In this document: piece by piece, positions 22,026 to 32,045 of the stretch
How the letters are laid out: each line of letters opens with the position of its first letter
Position numbering within the stretch: the first letter of the stretch is position 1
NCBI GenBank assembly: GCA_963828165.1
Contig: CAWHDR010000001.1
Location: 2,176,001 to 2,240,000 of the forward strand
Direction: 5' to 3'
DNA from: an uncultured Chloroflexia bacterium
GTDB lineage: Bacteria > Chloroflexota > Limnocylindria > Limnocylindrales > CSP1-4
DNA: 64,000 nt
The notes under the pieces: model-generated
Database searches by the model: none
What the model saw: only the letters and a program-made list of their open reading frames with translations
What the model was told of the DNA's origin: nothing
Translations under genes and position numbers: made by a program

Positions 22026-22629
22026 GGCTCCCCTTCGCCGCGACCGGAACGGCCGCACCCTCGAGATCTGCGCGCAGCCGGCGGTACGACGCGTCCAGCA
22101 GCTGGGCCACGTCCGGCCAGTAGGACGAACCCTCGCCGCCCGCGCCATCCGGGTCGTCGGCGGCCCCCCGGTCCCGGATCTCGGCCGCCAGCCCGCGCAG
22201 TCGTGCCGCCTCGCCGATTTGTCCCTGCGGTAGCTCGTAGACCGCGGCATACAGGTCGGCGATCGCCGCGCCAGCGGCCTCGCCCGCCGTGACACCGATC
22301 TCGCGGCGGACGACCCACCAGCGCAGCTCGCGCCGGCCGACCTCGTCCGCGTCCACGGACGCCGGCAGCCCGAGGAGTCGATAGGCTCGACCGATGTCCG
22401 GCCCGAATCGTTCGTAGTCGCCGCCGGCCCTGGCGAAACCGGCCGCCGCCCTTGTCAGGTGCAGGCTGGCACGGAGCGCGCGCAGCCACGAGACGCGGGC
22501 CTGTTCACGGAGCGCCAGCACCAGCAGGGCGAAGAGGCGGACCGGCTGGCGTCGGTAGTACGCCTTCCACATCCGCGTCTCCAGCGACGCAACGCGGGCT
22601 GGCTCGAAGTCCGCGCCCCACCGTCCCAT
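21997..22629 (-). CDS. Hypothetical all-helical protein
   Basis: Protein-like ORF (FEPARVASLETRMWKAYY...ELRWWVVRR) filling the gap between bioY and the MpaB-like gene. Confidence 0.65.
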   Translation of the reverse strand: MGRWGADFEPARVASLETRMWKAYYRRQPVRLFALLVLALREQARVSWLRALRASLHLTRAAAGFARAGGDYERFGPDIGRAYRLLGLPASVDADEVGRRELRWWVVRREIGVTAGEAAGAAIADLYAAVYELPQGQIGEAARLRGLAAEIRDRGAADDPDGAGGEGSSYWPDVAQLLDASYRRLRADLEGAAVPVAAKGSLSDRPAGGR

Positions 22630-22665
22630 CAGCGTCCTCCGTGGTTCCCGGGATATCGTGCCCGC

Positions 22666-23485
22666 ATGGATACGCACACCGAGGCGATCGGGATGTTCGG
22701 GCCGGGATCGGAGGCGTGGCAGCTCGACCGCGAGGCGATGCTGATCCTGGGCGTGGGGCCCCGGGCGTTGCTGCTCCAGCTCGCGGACCCGGCCGTGGCC
22801 GCCGGTGTCGACGAGCACTCAGACTTCCGGGAGGATCCCTGGCGCCGCCTGGACGGCACGCTCCGCAGCTACGAGCGGATCATCTATGGCTCGCTGTCCG
22901 CCGCGCGGGGAGAGATCCGGCGATTGAACGCGCTGCACCGGGGGATCCGTGGGACCGGCTACTCCGCGCGGGATCCCGTCCTGTCGCTGTGGGTCCATGC
23001 CACGCTCATCGACTCGACGATCGTCGGCAACGACGCCTGGCTGGGGCCGTTGTCGCGCGAGCGGGCCGCGCGCTTCTATGACGAGACCCTGCCGATCGCC
23101 CGGGCCTTCGGGGTGACCGACCGGCTGCTGCCGCCGACCCTCGACGCGTTCGATGCGTACATGGCCGAACGGCTCTCCCCGGGTGGCGGGGTCAACGTCA
23201 CGGACACGGCGCGAGAGCTCGCGAGGACGATCCTGCAACCCACCTCTCCCCGGGCTGCTGGCACGCCTGCCGCTCGATCCGCGCGCCTACGGCTGGACGC
23301 TGTGGCCGGCCATCGGCCTGTTGCCGCCGGCCGTCCGCGAGGGGTACGGGCTGCGCTGGGGGTGGCGCGAACGCCTCGTGGCGGACTGGCTCGTGGCGGG
23401 CTGGCGGGCCTGGAACCCGCTGCTACCGGCCGCGTTCCGACAGATGCCGCAGGCACTCGCCGCGGACCGCCGCGTCGGTCAGTAG
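22666..23485 (+). CDS. MpaB/DUF2236 oxygenase-family protein; apparent frameshift at about 23238
   Basis: RALLLQLADPAVAAGVDEHSDFREDPWRRL, WVHATL; continues in another frame as PPLPGLL...GLLPPAVREGYGLRW. Confidence 0.82.
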
Positions 23486-24891
23486 TACTTGGGGAATCGC
23501 GGCCCGAACAGCTTCGAGAGATCGACCGAGGTCGAGTTGTCGAGCGTTCGAAGCAACGTGCTCGTCCCGGTCAGTCCGAAGCGATTCGCCACGACGTACT
23601 TGCGCAGCGCCGACCAGAACGCCGTCGAGCCCATCCGCCGGCGCGCCTCGTTGAGCAGGTTGCCGCCCTGGATGTAGACGATCTCGTAGTAGCACGCGCT
23701 CGAGTAGCTGTAGATCGACCGGTCGAGCAGCCCGGTCGAGCAGCGCGAGCCGCGTCGTGTCCGGGTGATCTCGCGGGCGAGGAAGTCCGCCGTAGCCTCG
23801 TCCGCGAACGGCTGGCGCGCCTGGTCGTTGCCCACGAGGCTGTAGAACCACTGGTGGGCCGTCTCGTGCGACACGAGGTAGCGCAGGTTCGCGCTGCCAT
23901 GGCCGTACGGGATCCAGATCAGGCCCGGTGACTCCATCCCGTATCCGCCGGCCGATTGGGCGACCTTGAACGTGGTGTACGGGTACGGACCCACGCGCGC
24001 CTGGTAGGCGCGGATGGCGTCAGCAGCCGCGTCGAGGATGGTCGCGGCGTTCGACCCCGATCGGTAGAAGTAGCGAACCTGGACCTTGCCCACATAGGTC
24101 GTCCTGGTGCGGAAGTCAGGGGCGGCCGTGATCGTCACGTCGCGCACGTTGCGGGCCTCGAATGTCTGCGTGAGGCCGTTCGCGGACACGGACATCCGGT
24201 TGGCGTTCACGGCGAACCGGAGCTTGCGGTCCGTCACGATCCGGAGCTGCACGAGCGGGCTGACCGGCGTGACGAACGGGTCACCATGGTTCGGTCGGCT
24301 GAACGGGGTCTCGCGGCTGACCCACGGGATCCAGCGGTAGGCATCGACGATGCCGTTGACCCTCGTGAACAGCCAGTTCGAGCCGCTCAAGCTCGACCGC
24401 AGCGTGGCGTGGTACTTGACGCGGACCTTGACCGTCGCCCCGGCAGCCAGGATGCCACCCAGGGGCACGATGATCGTCTGGTCCTTGACCCGGCGAGCGA
24501 CGTCGACCCCGTCCACCTGGACGTAGCGCAGCGTCATCCCGCCGAGGCGGGCGGCGATCGTGTTGAGCTCGACCCGGTCGATCGAGACGCCCGAGGTGTT
24601 CGTGATGGTCGCCGTCGAGTCGACCGAAAACGCCCGCGACCCGTACCGCAGCGCGAGCGTGACGGCGTACGTGGCGGTCAGGTTGACGCTCGTGCGGTTG
24701 ACGGTCCCGGGGGTGATCGCGCTCGCGCCAACGACCGTCGTCGGGCGCGAGGCGACCGAGTGCGGCGCGGCCTCAGGGTCTCCCGCGAGGGCGGGGCGCG
24801 CCGAGCCCGGGACCAGCGTGAACAGGCTCGCGACGATCAGGGCCGCAAGCGTGATGGGCAGGCGGCGTGGACCTCGAAGACGCTCGGACAT
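23479..24891 (-). CDS. Secreted M1-family (gluzincin) aminopeptidase-like protein
   Basis: Signal peptide; GMESPG, HETAHQWF, ADEATA, IVYIQG. Confidence 0.88.
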   Translation of the reverse strand: MSERLRGPRRLPITLAALIVASLFTLVPGSARPALAGDPEAAPHSVASRPTTVVGASAITPGTVNRTSVNLTATYAVTLALRYGSRAFSVDSTATITNTSGVSIDRVELNTIAARLGGMTLRYVQVDGVDVARRVKDQTIIVPLGGILAAGATVKVRVKYHATLRSSLSGSNWLFTRVNGIVDAYRWIPWVSRETPFSRPNHGDPFVTPVSPLVQLRIVTDRKLRFAVNANRMSVSANGLTQTFEARNVRDVTITAAPDFRTRTTYVGKVQVRYFYRSGSNAATILDAAADAIRAYQARVGPYPYTTFKVAQSAGGYGMESPGLIWIPYGHGSANLRYLVSHETAHQWFYSLVGNDQARQPFADEATADFLAREITRTRRGSRCSTGLLDRSIYSYSSACYYEIVYIQGGNLLNEARRRMGSTAFWSALRKYVVANRFGLTGTSTLLRTLDNSTSVDLSKLFGPRFPKYY

Positions 24892-24958
24892 CTGTGACCA
24901 TCCTACCCGCGCCCGTCCAATCGGCCCCGGGCCGATGGTCCCGCCTACACTCAGCGGC

Positions 24959-26353
24959 ATGGCCACGGGCACCGTCACCGAACCGTTCCTCGACGCCGTT
25001 CGAGCCCGCGTGCCCGGCCTGCACGTCCTGACCGACGCCACCGATCGCGAGACCTACCGGCGCGACGAGACCGAATACCTGCCGACCGGGTTGCCGGGCG
25101 CCGTCGCGCTTCCGACGACGACCGCCGAGGTCGCCGAGCTCGTGAAGGTCTGTGCCGACCACGACGTCCCGATCGTGCCGCGTGGCGCGGGCTCCGGGCT
25201 GAGTGGTGGTGCCGCCGGGCTGGAGGGCGCGCTGACGATCGCCTTCACGGCGATGGACCGGATCCTCGAGGTCGATGTCGAAAACCTGTGCGTCGTCACC
25301 CAACCCGGGGTCATCAACGCGACGCTCAAGGCCGCGGTCGCGGAGCACGGGCTGTTCTACGCGCCCGATCCGGCGAGCTTCGAGATGTGCTCGATCGGCG
25401 GCAACCTTGGGACGAACGCCGGCGGCCTGTGCTGCGTCAAATACGGCCAGACGCGCGACGCGGTGCTGTCGCTCGAGGTCGTGATGGCCGATGGCGCGGT
25501 CATCCGGACCGGCGGCAAGAACATCAAGGATGTGGCGGGGTACTCGCTGACGCACCTGATCGTCGGGTCACAGGGCACGCTCGCGCTGATCACCGAGGCC
25601 ACCCTCCGGCTTCGACCCGCGCCCGCCCCGCGTGCGACGCTCCTGGCGTTCTTCCCCACCCTCGAGTCGGCCGGTGACGGGGTGGCGGCGATCGCGGCGG
25701 CCGGGCTCTCCCCGGTCACCCTGGAGCTGATGGATCGGTTCACGATCCGCGCGGTCGACGATATGCACAGCCTGGGCCTGGATCGCGACGCCGCGGCCAT
25801 GCTGATGATCGAGTCCGACCTGCCGGGCGCGGCCGCCGACGACGAGCTGTCCCGCGGCGAGGCGGCGTGTGCGGCCGCGGGCGCGACGACCACGGTCCGC
25901 TCGCGCGACGTCGCCGAGGCCGACCTGCTGCGCCAGGCGCGCCGGGCCGCCCACTGGGCCCTTGAGAAGCTCGGCGACGTGAAGATGGAGGACGTCGGGG
26001 TCCCACGGTCCAAGGTTCCGGACATGCTCCGCGAGGTCGAGCGGATCGCCGCCAAGCACGACGTCCGCATCGGCACGTTCGGGCATGCCGGCGACGGCAA
26101 CCTGCATCCCGACCTCGTACTGGAGCGCGGCGACCCGAACGGCGCTGCGATCACGAAGGCCGTCCAGGCGGATCTGTACCAGGCCGCCATCGACCTCGGT
26201 GGCACGGTGACCGGGGAGCACGGCATCGGCTCCGCCCGCGTCGAGTGGTTGGAGGCGCAGCGTGGCCCAGACGCGGTTCGAGTGATGCGGGCGATCAAGG
26301 CGGCGCTCGACCCGCAGGGTCTGCTGAACCCGGGGCGAGTCCTCGGGCTGTAA
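24959..26353 (+). CDS. FAD-linked oxidase (GlcD / D-lactate dehydrogenase family)
   Basis: PRGAGSGLSGG, PDPAS, NAGGLCCVKYG, GHAGDGNLH, GEHGIG, LNPG. Confidence 0.9.
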   Translation: MATGTVTEPFLDAVRARVPGLHVLTDATDRETYRRDETEYLPTGLPGAVALPTTTAEVAELVKVCADHDVPIVPRGAGSGLSGGAAGLEGALTIAFTAMDRILEVDVENLCVVTQPGVINATLKAAVAEHGLFYAPDPASFEMCSIGGNLGTNAGGLCCVKYGQTRDAVLSLEVVMADGAVIRTGGKNIKDVAGYSLTHLIVGSQGTLALITEATLRLRPAPAPRATLLAFFPTLESAGDGVAAIAAAGLSPVTLELMDRFTIRAVDDMHSLGLDRDAAAMLMIESDLPGAAADDELSRGEAACAAAGATTTVRSRDVAEADLLRQARRAAHWALEKLGDVKMEDVGVPRSKVPDMLREVERIAAKHDVRIGTFGHAGDGNLHPDLVLERGDPNGAAITKAVQADLYQAAIDLGGTVTGEHGIGSARVEWLEAQRGPDAVRVMRAIKAALDPQGLLNPGRVLGL

Positions 26354-26409
26354 CTCCTGGCCGGGCGCTCATCCGCTCGACGTTGGTTCGGGGAGCGCGC
26401 AGACCATGG

Positions 26410-26469
26410 AAGGCCGCCCCTGCGAATAAGGCCGCCCATCGCCCATGCGATAAAGCCGCCCCCTGCGAT
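26410..26469 (+). repeat. Three degenerate tandem repeats abutting a palindromic element
   Basis: AAGGCCGCCCCTGCGAAT / AAGGCCGCCCATCGCCCATGCGAT / AAAGCCGCCCCCTGCGAT. Confidence 0.7.
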
Positions 26470-26629
26470 TCACCAGAGGTGAATGGCAGCAAGGGCAGGC
26501 GCCGTGGGCGGGCGAAGGCGGCCACGACTCCGCGTCCATAAGCCTGGCTCTTCACCAGTGGTGAACGCTGATGCTCGGATCGTTCGAAAACGGCTCGTCA
26601 CCGCGCAAACGTTCAGTGCCGGTGAATCC
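26467..26629. repeat. Intergenic three-box palindromic element (TTCA-N8-GAA family)
   Basis: Boxes TTCACCAGAGGTGAA (26469), TTCACCAGTGGTGAA (26551), TTCAGTGCCGGTGAA (26612); inverted ends GATTCACC-N5-TGAA. Confidence 0.7.
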
Positions 26630-26679
26630 GTCCGCCTATGCCGCCGTGGTGGCGCCGCGACCCCATTCACTTGCCTGGG

Positions 26680-26705
26680 TCATCCGCCGCGGCAAGCGGT
26701 GCGTA
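26680..26705 (+). promoter_or_regulatory. Possible ECF (SigK-like) promoter for the DUF4331 gene
   Basis: TCATCC-N16-CGTA. Confidence 0.4.
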
Positions 26706-26813
26706 TGACCAGCGAGCCCGGCGGAGGTCGCGAACGACGTCGAGGCGGACTGATCGGCCGGGCGCCGTGGAGGAGCCCGCCCACATCCGACGTCAAAGGA
26801 GATCCGACCAACC

Positions 26814-27974
26814 ATGTTTCCCCGCAAGCTCGCCATGCTCGGGACGGCCCTCGTCGTCCTGACGATCGGCGCGGCACCCTTCCTCACCAGCGCCGCCGAC
26901 CATCTCGACGCCCCCGCCCTCGGCGGGGCCACGGCCAATGGCCAGATCGCTCCGCACTCGGAACACGGCGACCGCGACATCAACGATGTCTACGTCTTCC
27001 CGGCACCCGATGGCGGCAATCGCACCGTTCTCGCGATGACCGTCAATCCGGCCATCAACCTGTTCGGTGGCAATTTCGGAACGAACGTGCGCTACGCGTT
27101 CAACATCGACCGGGACGGCGACAACCTCCCGGACACCGCGTACGTCACCACCTTCGGGAGCGAAGACGGTGCCGGCAACCAGAAGTTCAAGATCACCAAG
27201 TACACGGGCAGCCGCGCTCGCAGCCTGACCGGTGGGAGCCCCGTCGTCCATGGCTTCACCAACGGCAAGGGCAAGGTTCGCGCCACGGATGGCCTGTGGG
27301 CATGGAGCGGCGTCCGTTCCGACCCGTTCTTCTTCGATCTCACGGGTTTCATCGGGACCACGACGCTGCTGACGACCGGGACCGCAGTCGGCGGTGACGG
27401 CCTGGGCAACAACCCGACCGACTTCTTCGCCAACCTCAACACCAACGCGATCGTGCTGTCGATCCCGAACGGCCAGCTCCCGAACGCCATCGGCGTCTGG
27501 GCGACGACCTCCTGGTACGACGGAACGACGTGGCGCAAGGCCGACCAGATGGGTCGTCCGGCGATCAACACCGTGTTCAACCCGGCGGCCGACAAGGACC
27601 TGTTCAACCGGACGCCGCCATCCCAGCAGCGGACCGCGTCCGGTGGCAAGTTCCGGACCAACGTCATCAACGGTCTCCAGTTCTTCTCGAGCCTCGACAC
27701 GGAAGGCGCGTATTCGAACGCGCAGGCCGGAGCGCTCGCCGACGTGCTGATCCCGGATGTCCTGGTCTACAGCCGCACGAGCACGCTGCCCGCGCCGCTC
27801 AACGGCCGTGCGCTCGCCGATGACGTCATCGATGTCGAGCTCAACGTCACCACCGGTGGCGACCCGCTCGGCCTCTTCGCCGATCGCAACGCGACCGGGG
27901 CCGTGCCGAGCGACGGAGTCGGCCCGCACACCGACTACCTCGGCAGTTTCCCGTACCTCGGCCTGCCGCACTAG
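26814..27974 (+). CDS. Secreted DUF4331 family protein
   Basis: AAGGAG RBS, signal peptide, ADHLDAP, DINDVYVF, RSDPFFFDL, QMGRPAINT, NGRALADDVID, FPYLGLPH. Confidence 0.9.
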   Translation: MFPRKLAMLGTALVVLTIGAAPFLTSAADHLDAPALGGATANGQIAPHSEHGDRDINDVYVFPAPDGGNRTVLAMTVNPAINLFGGNFGTNVRYAFNIDRDGDNLPDTAYVTTFGSEDGAGNQKFKITKYTGSRARSLTGGSPVVHGFTNGKGKVRATDGLWAWSGVRSDPFFFDLTGFIGTTTLLTTGTAVGGDGLGNNPTDFFANLNTNAIVLSIPNGQLPNAIGVWATTSWYDGTTWRKADQMGRPAINTVFNPAADKDLFNRTPPSQQRTASGGKFRTNVINGLQFFSSLDTEGAYSNAQAGALADVLIPDVLVYSRTSTLPAPLNGRALADDVIDVELNVTTGGDPLGLFADRNATGAVPSDGVGPHTDYLGSFPYLGLPH

Positions 27975-27987
27975 GCGCTGGTCGATC

Positions 27988-28015
27988 GGAGGGCGGCCCA
28001 TCCGGGTCGCCCTCC
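27988..28015 (+). terminator. GC-rich stem-loop after DUF4331 (no U-tract; terminator or mRNA stabiliser)
   Basis: GGAGGGCGGCCC-ATCC-GGGTCGCCCTCC. Confidence 0.5.
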
Positions 28016-28038
28016 CGCAAAACCTGGGGACGTACGAC

Positions 28039-29427
28039 ATGACCGCTACGCGAGCCACCCGACCGTTCCGCCGCCCGCGACTGACGGGGTTCGTCGCCGC
28101 GGCGATCCTGATCGTCGTCGCCTCGTACGCGGTCTCGGCCGTCACCGGACCGCGCCGCTCGGAAGCTCCGGCCGAGCACGGCAGCACCGGGACCACTCCG
28201 ATCACGCCACGCGGCGAGGCTTCGATCCCCGGTGCCGGCGGGAGCGACCCCGCGGCGGGTTCGATCGAGCGCATCGATCGGTCCATCGGAGCGTGGTCGA
28301 AGAATCTCGCGGCGAATCCGCTCGACTTCATCAGCGCGACGAACCTCGCCACGCTCTTTCACGGCCGCGGCCGACTCAGCTACGACCTGGGCGACCATCA
28401 GCGGGCCCTGGCTGCTGCGCGGACCGCGATCGAGATCGAGCCGACCCATGTGCCCGCTCGGGCGCTCGAAGCCACGATCCTGTTCACGCTCCACGACTTC
28501 GATGCGGCCTTCGTGGCTGCCGACGCCCTGGTTCGCGTGGACCCCGCCAACACGAGCGCGCTGGCCACGCGGTTCGACGCCGAGGTCGAGCTCGGCCGCA
28601 TCGACGACGCGCGGGCCGACCTCGAGCGGCTGACCGGCGTTGGTGGGCCGGGCGTAACGATCCGTGACGCTCGCCTCAGCTCGGTCACCGGGGACCCGGC
28701 GGGTGCGCTGTCACAGGCCCGGGCGGCCCGAGCCGAGGCGCTTGCCGACGGACCCACGGACGCGGCGTTCTACGCGTTCGCGGTGGGGGAGTACGCACGC
28801 CTGGCTGGCAACGCTGCCCTGGCGCGGACCGCGTTCGAGGACGCGCTGGCGGCGCGTCCCGAGGATCCCGCCGCGCTGCTTGGCCTCGCCCGCATCGACG
28901 CCTTCGAAGGTCGTTCGGATGCCGCCATCGCGGGCCTCCGTCGGGCGACCGAGGTCGCACCCCAGCCGGAGGCGCTCGCCGTGCTTGGCGACCTGCTCAC
29001 GGCCGCCGGCGATCCGGCCGCAACGAGGTCGTTCGAGACCGTCCGCTTCATCGAGCAGCTCGGCGACATCGGGGCCACGACCTACGATCGCCAGCTCCTC
29101 CGCTTCGAGCTCGATCACGGCGGCGCGACGGCGACGGTCCTGGAACGCGCCCGAGCGTCGGTTGCCGAGCGGCCGGACTGGACGGGACACGACACGGTCG
29201 CGTGGAGCCTCTACCGCCTCGGCCGCTTCGAAGAGGCGGCCGCCGAGATCGCGGCCGCCCGATCGCTCGGCGCCGACGACGCGCGGCTGCGCTTCCACGA
29301 AGGGGCGATCCTCATGGCGCTGGGCGCGGTCGCCGAAGGGGAGCTGCTGCTGACGTCGGCCCTCGATCTCGGCCCAGCACTCGATCCCGTCGAACGGGCG
29401 GAAGCAAAGGCTCTTCTGGAGTCTTGA
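28039..29427 (+). CDS. Membrane-anchored TPR protein (DUF4331 partner)
   Basis: N-terminal TM helix; TPR-like Ala/Leu helices; DTVAWSLYRLGR, RFHEGAI. Confidence 0.82.
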   Translation: MTATRATRPFRRPRLTGFVAAAILIVVASYAVSAVTGPRRSEAPAEHGSTGTTPITPRGEASIPGAGGSDPAAGSIERIDRSIGAWSKNLAANPLDFISATNLATLFHGRGRLSYDLGDHQRALAAARTAIEIEPTHVPARALEATILFTLHDFDAAFVAADALVRVDPANTSALATRFDAEVELGRIDDARADLERLTGVGGPGVTIRDARLSSVTGDPAGALSQARAARAEALADGPTDAAFYAFAVGEYARLAGNAALARTAFEDALAARPEDPAALLGLARIDAFEGRSDAAIAGLRRATEVAPQPEALAVLGDLLTAAGDPAATRSFETVRFIEQLGDIGATTYDRQLLRFELDHGGATATVLERARASVAERPDWTGHDTVAWSLYRLGRFEEAAAEIAAARSLGADDARLRFHEGAILMALGAVAEGELLLTSALDLGPALDPVERAEAKALLES

Positions 29428-29532
29428 GCAAGCGGACCGGCGTCAGGCGGTCGCCGGCTCATGCATGGGTCCAGCTGGCGCCGACGAACTTGACGGGCAC
29501 GGATCGTCCATCGATGATGGCACTCACATGCA

Positions 29533-29559
29533 TGCACATCTGTTCAGAACATCTGTGCA
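29533..29559. promoter_or_regulatory. Tandem palindromic operator, probably for the adjacent SorC-family repressor
   Basis: TGCACATCTGTTCA and AGAACATCTGTGCA, both close to TGAACAnnTGTTCA, ending about 28 bp before the regulator start. Confidence 0.6.
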
Positions 29560-29586
29560 CGGGCCTACGCGTGGCGGCGCCACAAG

Positions 29587-30519
29587 GTGAGCGACTACAA
29601 CCAGCTCGTGCAGGCGAGCCGGCTCTACTACGAGCTCGGTGAGACGCAGAACGCCATCGCCGATCGGCTTGGAGTCACCCGACCACAGGTAAGCCGCCTC
29701 CTGAAGCGCGCCCGCGCCGAAGGCATCGTCGAGATCCGGATCGTGGACCAGGCCGCCGTCGAGTCGCCGGCCGCCGATGCCCTGCGCCGTCGTCACGGCC
29801 TGGACGCCGTCCATCTCGCCCCGACCGTGACCGGCCCCGAGGACCTTACCCGCCGCATGGTCGGCCGGCTCGCGGCCCAGCTGCTGCGATCGAGGATCCG
29901 CGACGGGGCGATCGTCGGGATCGGGGACGGGGCGTCGGTCGGCGCCGTTGCCGACGCGCTCGAGGACGCGGCCACACCCGTGAGCGCGACCATCGTGCCG
30001 TTGGCAGGCGGCTATTGGGCGCCCGGCCCCGAGCGCGAGCCATTCCGCCGTATCGCCGACGCCCTTGGTGCGCAGGCCCACGGCCTGATGGTGCCCGGAC
30101 TCGTCGACGACGCCACGACCAAGCACGCCCTCGAGGCGCACGCTGGCGTCCGAGCCGTCCTCGACCTGTGGGATCGGCTCGACGTCGCGCTCGTCGGGAT
30201 CGGGGGCCGGGCCTGGGGGGCCGCGTCCGTTGGCGACGAGGTGGCCTCGGAGCTGGAACGGGCCGATGCGGTCGGCGAGATCCTCATCGCCCCGTTCGAC
30301 ATCGATGGACAGTTCGTCTGCCCGGCGCTGCGCGAGCGGGTGCTGGCCTTCGACGCGCGGGCTCTCGGGCGCGTGCCGGTCGTGATCGGCGTCGGGGCCG
30401 GGGACAGCAAGGTCCGGCCGGTCCTGGGCGCCCTTCGGAGCGGCGCGATCCGGACGCTCGTCACGGACGTGGCCACCGCCGAGGCCGTCCTGGCCCTCGG
30501 AACCGAGACCGCGTCGTGA
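29587..30519 (+). CDS. SorC/DeoR/LsrR-family sugar-binding transcriptional regulator
   Basis: LYYELGETQNAIADRLGVTRPQVSRLLKRAR HTH; VALVGIG, AVGEI, LVTD. Confidence 0.92.
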   Translation: MSDYNQLVQASRLYYELGETQNAIADRLGVTRPQVSRLLKRARAEGIVEIRIVDQAAVESPAADALRRRHGLDAVHLAPTVTGPEDLTRRMVGRLAAQLLRSRIRDGAIVGIGDGASVGAVADALEDAATPVSATIVPLAGGYWAPGPEREPFRRIADALGAQAHGLMVPGLVDDATTKHALEAHAGVRAVLDLWDRLDVALVGIGGRAWGAASVGDEVASELERADAVGEILIAPFDIDGQFVCPALRERVLAFDARALGRVPVVIGVGAGDSKVRPVLGALRSGAIRTLVTDVATAEAVLALGTETAS

Positions 30520-32045
30520 CGGACGGCCGCTCCACGCCCGCGATCCTCGGCCTCGATCTCGGGACGACCGAGGTGAAGGCGGGCCTCGTGACGCTCGAGG
30601 GGCGATTGCTGGCGATCGCCCGGGCGGGCTACGGACTCGACGTCGGGCACGTACCGGGGTGGGCGGAACAGGACCCGGGGGCGTGGTGGTCTGCCGTGGT
30701 CGGCGCCGTCCGCGCGCTGCATCCGACCGAGCCCGTCGATATCGTCTCGATCGGGGTGGATGGCCACGGGCCGACGCTGGCCGCGATCGACGGTCGCGGC
30801 GAGGCGACCCGTCCCGCGATCACCTTCCTCGACACGCGTGCTGGTGCCGAGGCCGCGGATCTCGCCGCCGCCACCGGCATCCACGGCTGGGCGCTGGGGC
30901 CGCTGCCCGCCGCCCTCTGGCTCGAGCGGCACGAGCCCGAGGTCGCCGCGCGGACACGCTGGTACCTGACTACCTGGGAATGGCTCGCGTTCCGCCTGAC
31001 CGGCGAAGCCGTCGCGCCCCTGGTTCCCGACCAGGCCGTCCCTGATCCAACGGTCGTCACGGAGGCGACCGGACTCCACATGGACCGCCGGCCGTCGAGC
31101 GGCTCGATGGGCAGCGTCGTCGGCACCCTTGCCGAGGCTGCCGCCGATGCGCTCGGACTGCGAGTCGGGATCCCGGTGGCCGGTGGGACGAACGACGCCT
31201 TCGCGAGCTACCTCGGGGCCGGGCTGCTGGAGCCGGGCGACGCCTACGACCCCGGTGGGTCCGCCGGCGGCTTCGGCGTGTACTGGCGCGAGCCCGTCGA
31301 GGTCGCCGGTGCGTTCGTCACGCCGGCCCCACTGGCCGGGCTGTACAGCGTGGGAGCGGCGATGGCGGCGACCGGCCGCGCCCTCGACTGGTTCCGCGAC
31401 GCGATCGTCGGCGGCGACGTGAGCACCGAGCGGCTGCTCGCCGAGGCGACGGCGACGCCCCCGGGTGCCGACGGCGCCGTGTTCCTCCCGTACCTGGCCG
31501 GCGAGCGCTCACCGATCTGGGACCCGACCGCCACCGGCATCTTCGCGGGCCTGACGCTGTCGCACGGTCGTGGTCACCTGGCGCGCGCGATCATCGAAGC
31601 GAGCGCGCTTGCGATCCGCCACGTCGCGACGCCGATGCTGGCGGCCGGCGTGACCGTCACCGCGATGCGTGCCTGCGGCGGCCCGGCTCGAAGCGACGGC
31701 TGGAACCAGGTGAAGGCCGACGTGACGGGCTTTCCCGTCCTCGTGCCGGACGTGCTGGAGACGGCCGTCCTGGGCTCGGCGATGCTCGGCGCGGTGGCGA
31801 TCGGCGCGAATGCCGACGTCCGCTCGGCGGTCGGCGCCATGACGCGGATCGACCATCGGATCGACCCACGGCCCGAATTCGTCGAGATCTACGACCGCCT
31901 GTTCACGGCGTACACCGCGTTGTATCCGGCGGTCGCGCCGGTGATGCGGCCGCTGATCCGGGGGGCCGCGCCCTCGGACGCCGGTGCCGCCCGGATGGAA
32001 GCCGCGCAGGACGCGGACGCGGCGCGCCAGGTCGCGGCCCGATGA
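30516..32045 (+). CDS. FGGY-family carbohydrate kinase
   Basis: GLDLGTTEVKA, WAEQDP, GGTND, FLPYLAGERSP, GGPARS; GTGA overlap. Confidence 0.9.
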   Translation: MTDGRSTPAILGLDLGTTEVKAGLVTLEGRLLAIARAGYGLDVGHVPGWAEQDPGAWWSAVVGAVRALHPTEPVDIVSIGVDGHGPTLAAIDGRGEATRPAITFLDTRAGAEAADLAAATGIHGWALGPLPAALWLERHEPEVAARTRWYLTTWEWLAFRLTGEAVAPLVPDQAVPDPTVVTEATGLHMDRRPSSGSMGSVVGTLAEAAADALGLRVGIPVAGGTNDAFASYLGAGLLEPGDAYDPGGSAGGFGVYWREPVEVAGAFVTPAPLAGLYSVGAAMAATGRALDWFRDAIVGGDVSTERLLAEATATPPGADGAVFLPYLAGERSPIWDPTATGIFAGLTLSHGRGHLARAIIEASALAIRHVATPMLAAGVTVTAMRACGGPARSDGWNQVKADVTGFPVLVPDVLETAVLGSAMLGAVAIGANADVRSAVGAMTRIDHRIDPRPEFVEIYDRLFTAYTALYPAVAPVMRPLIRGAAPSDAGAARMEAAQDADAARQVAAR

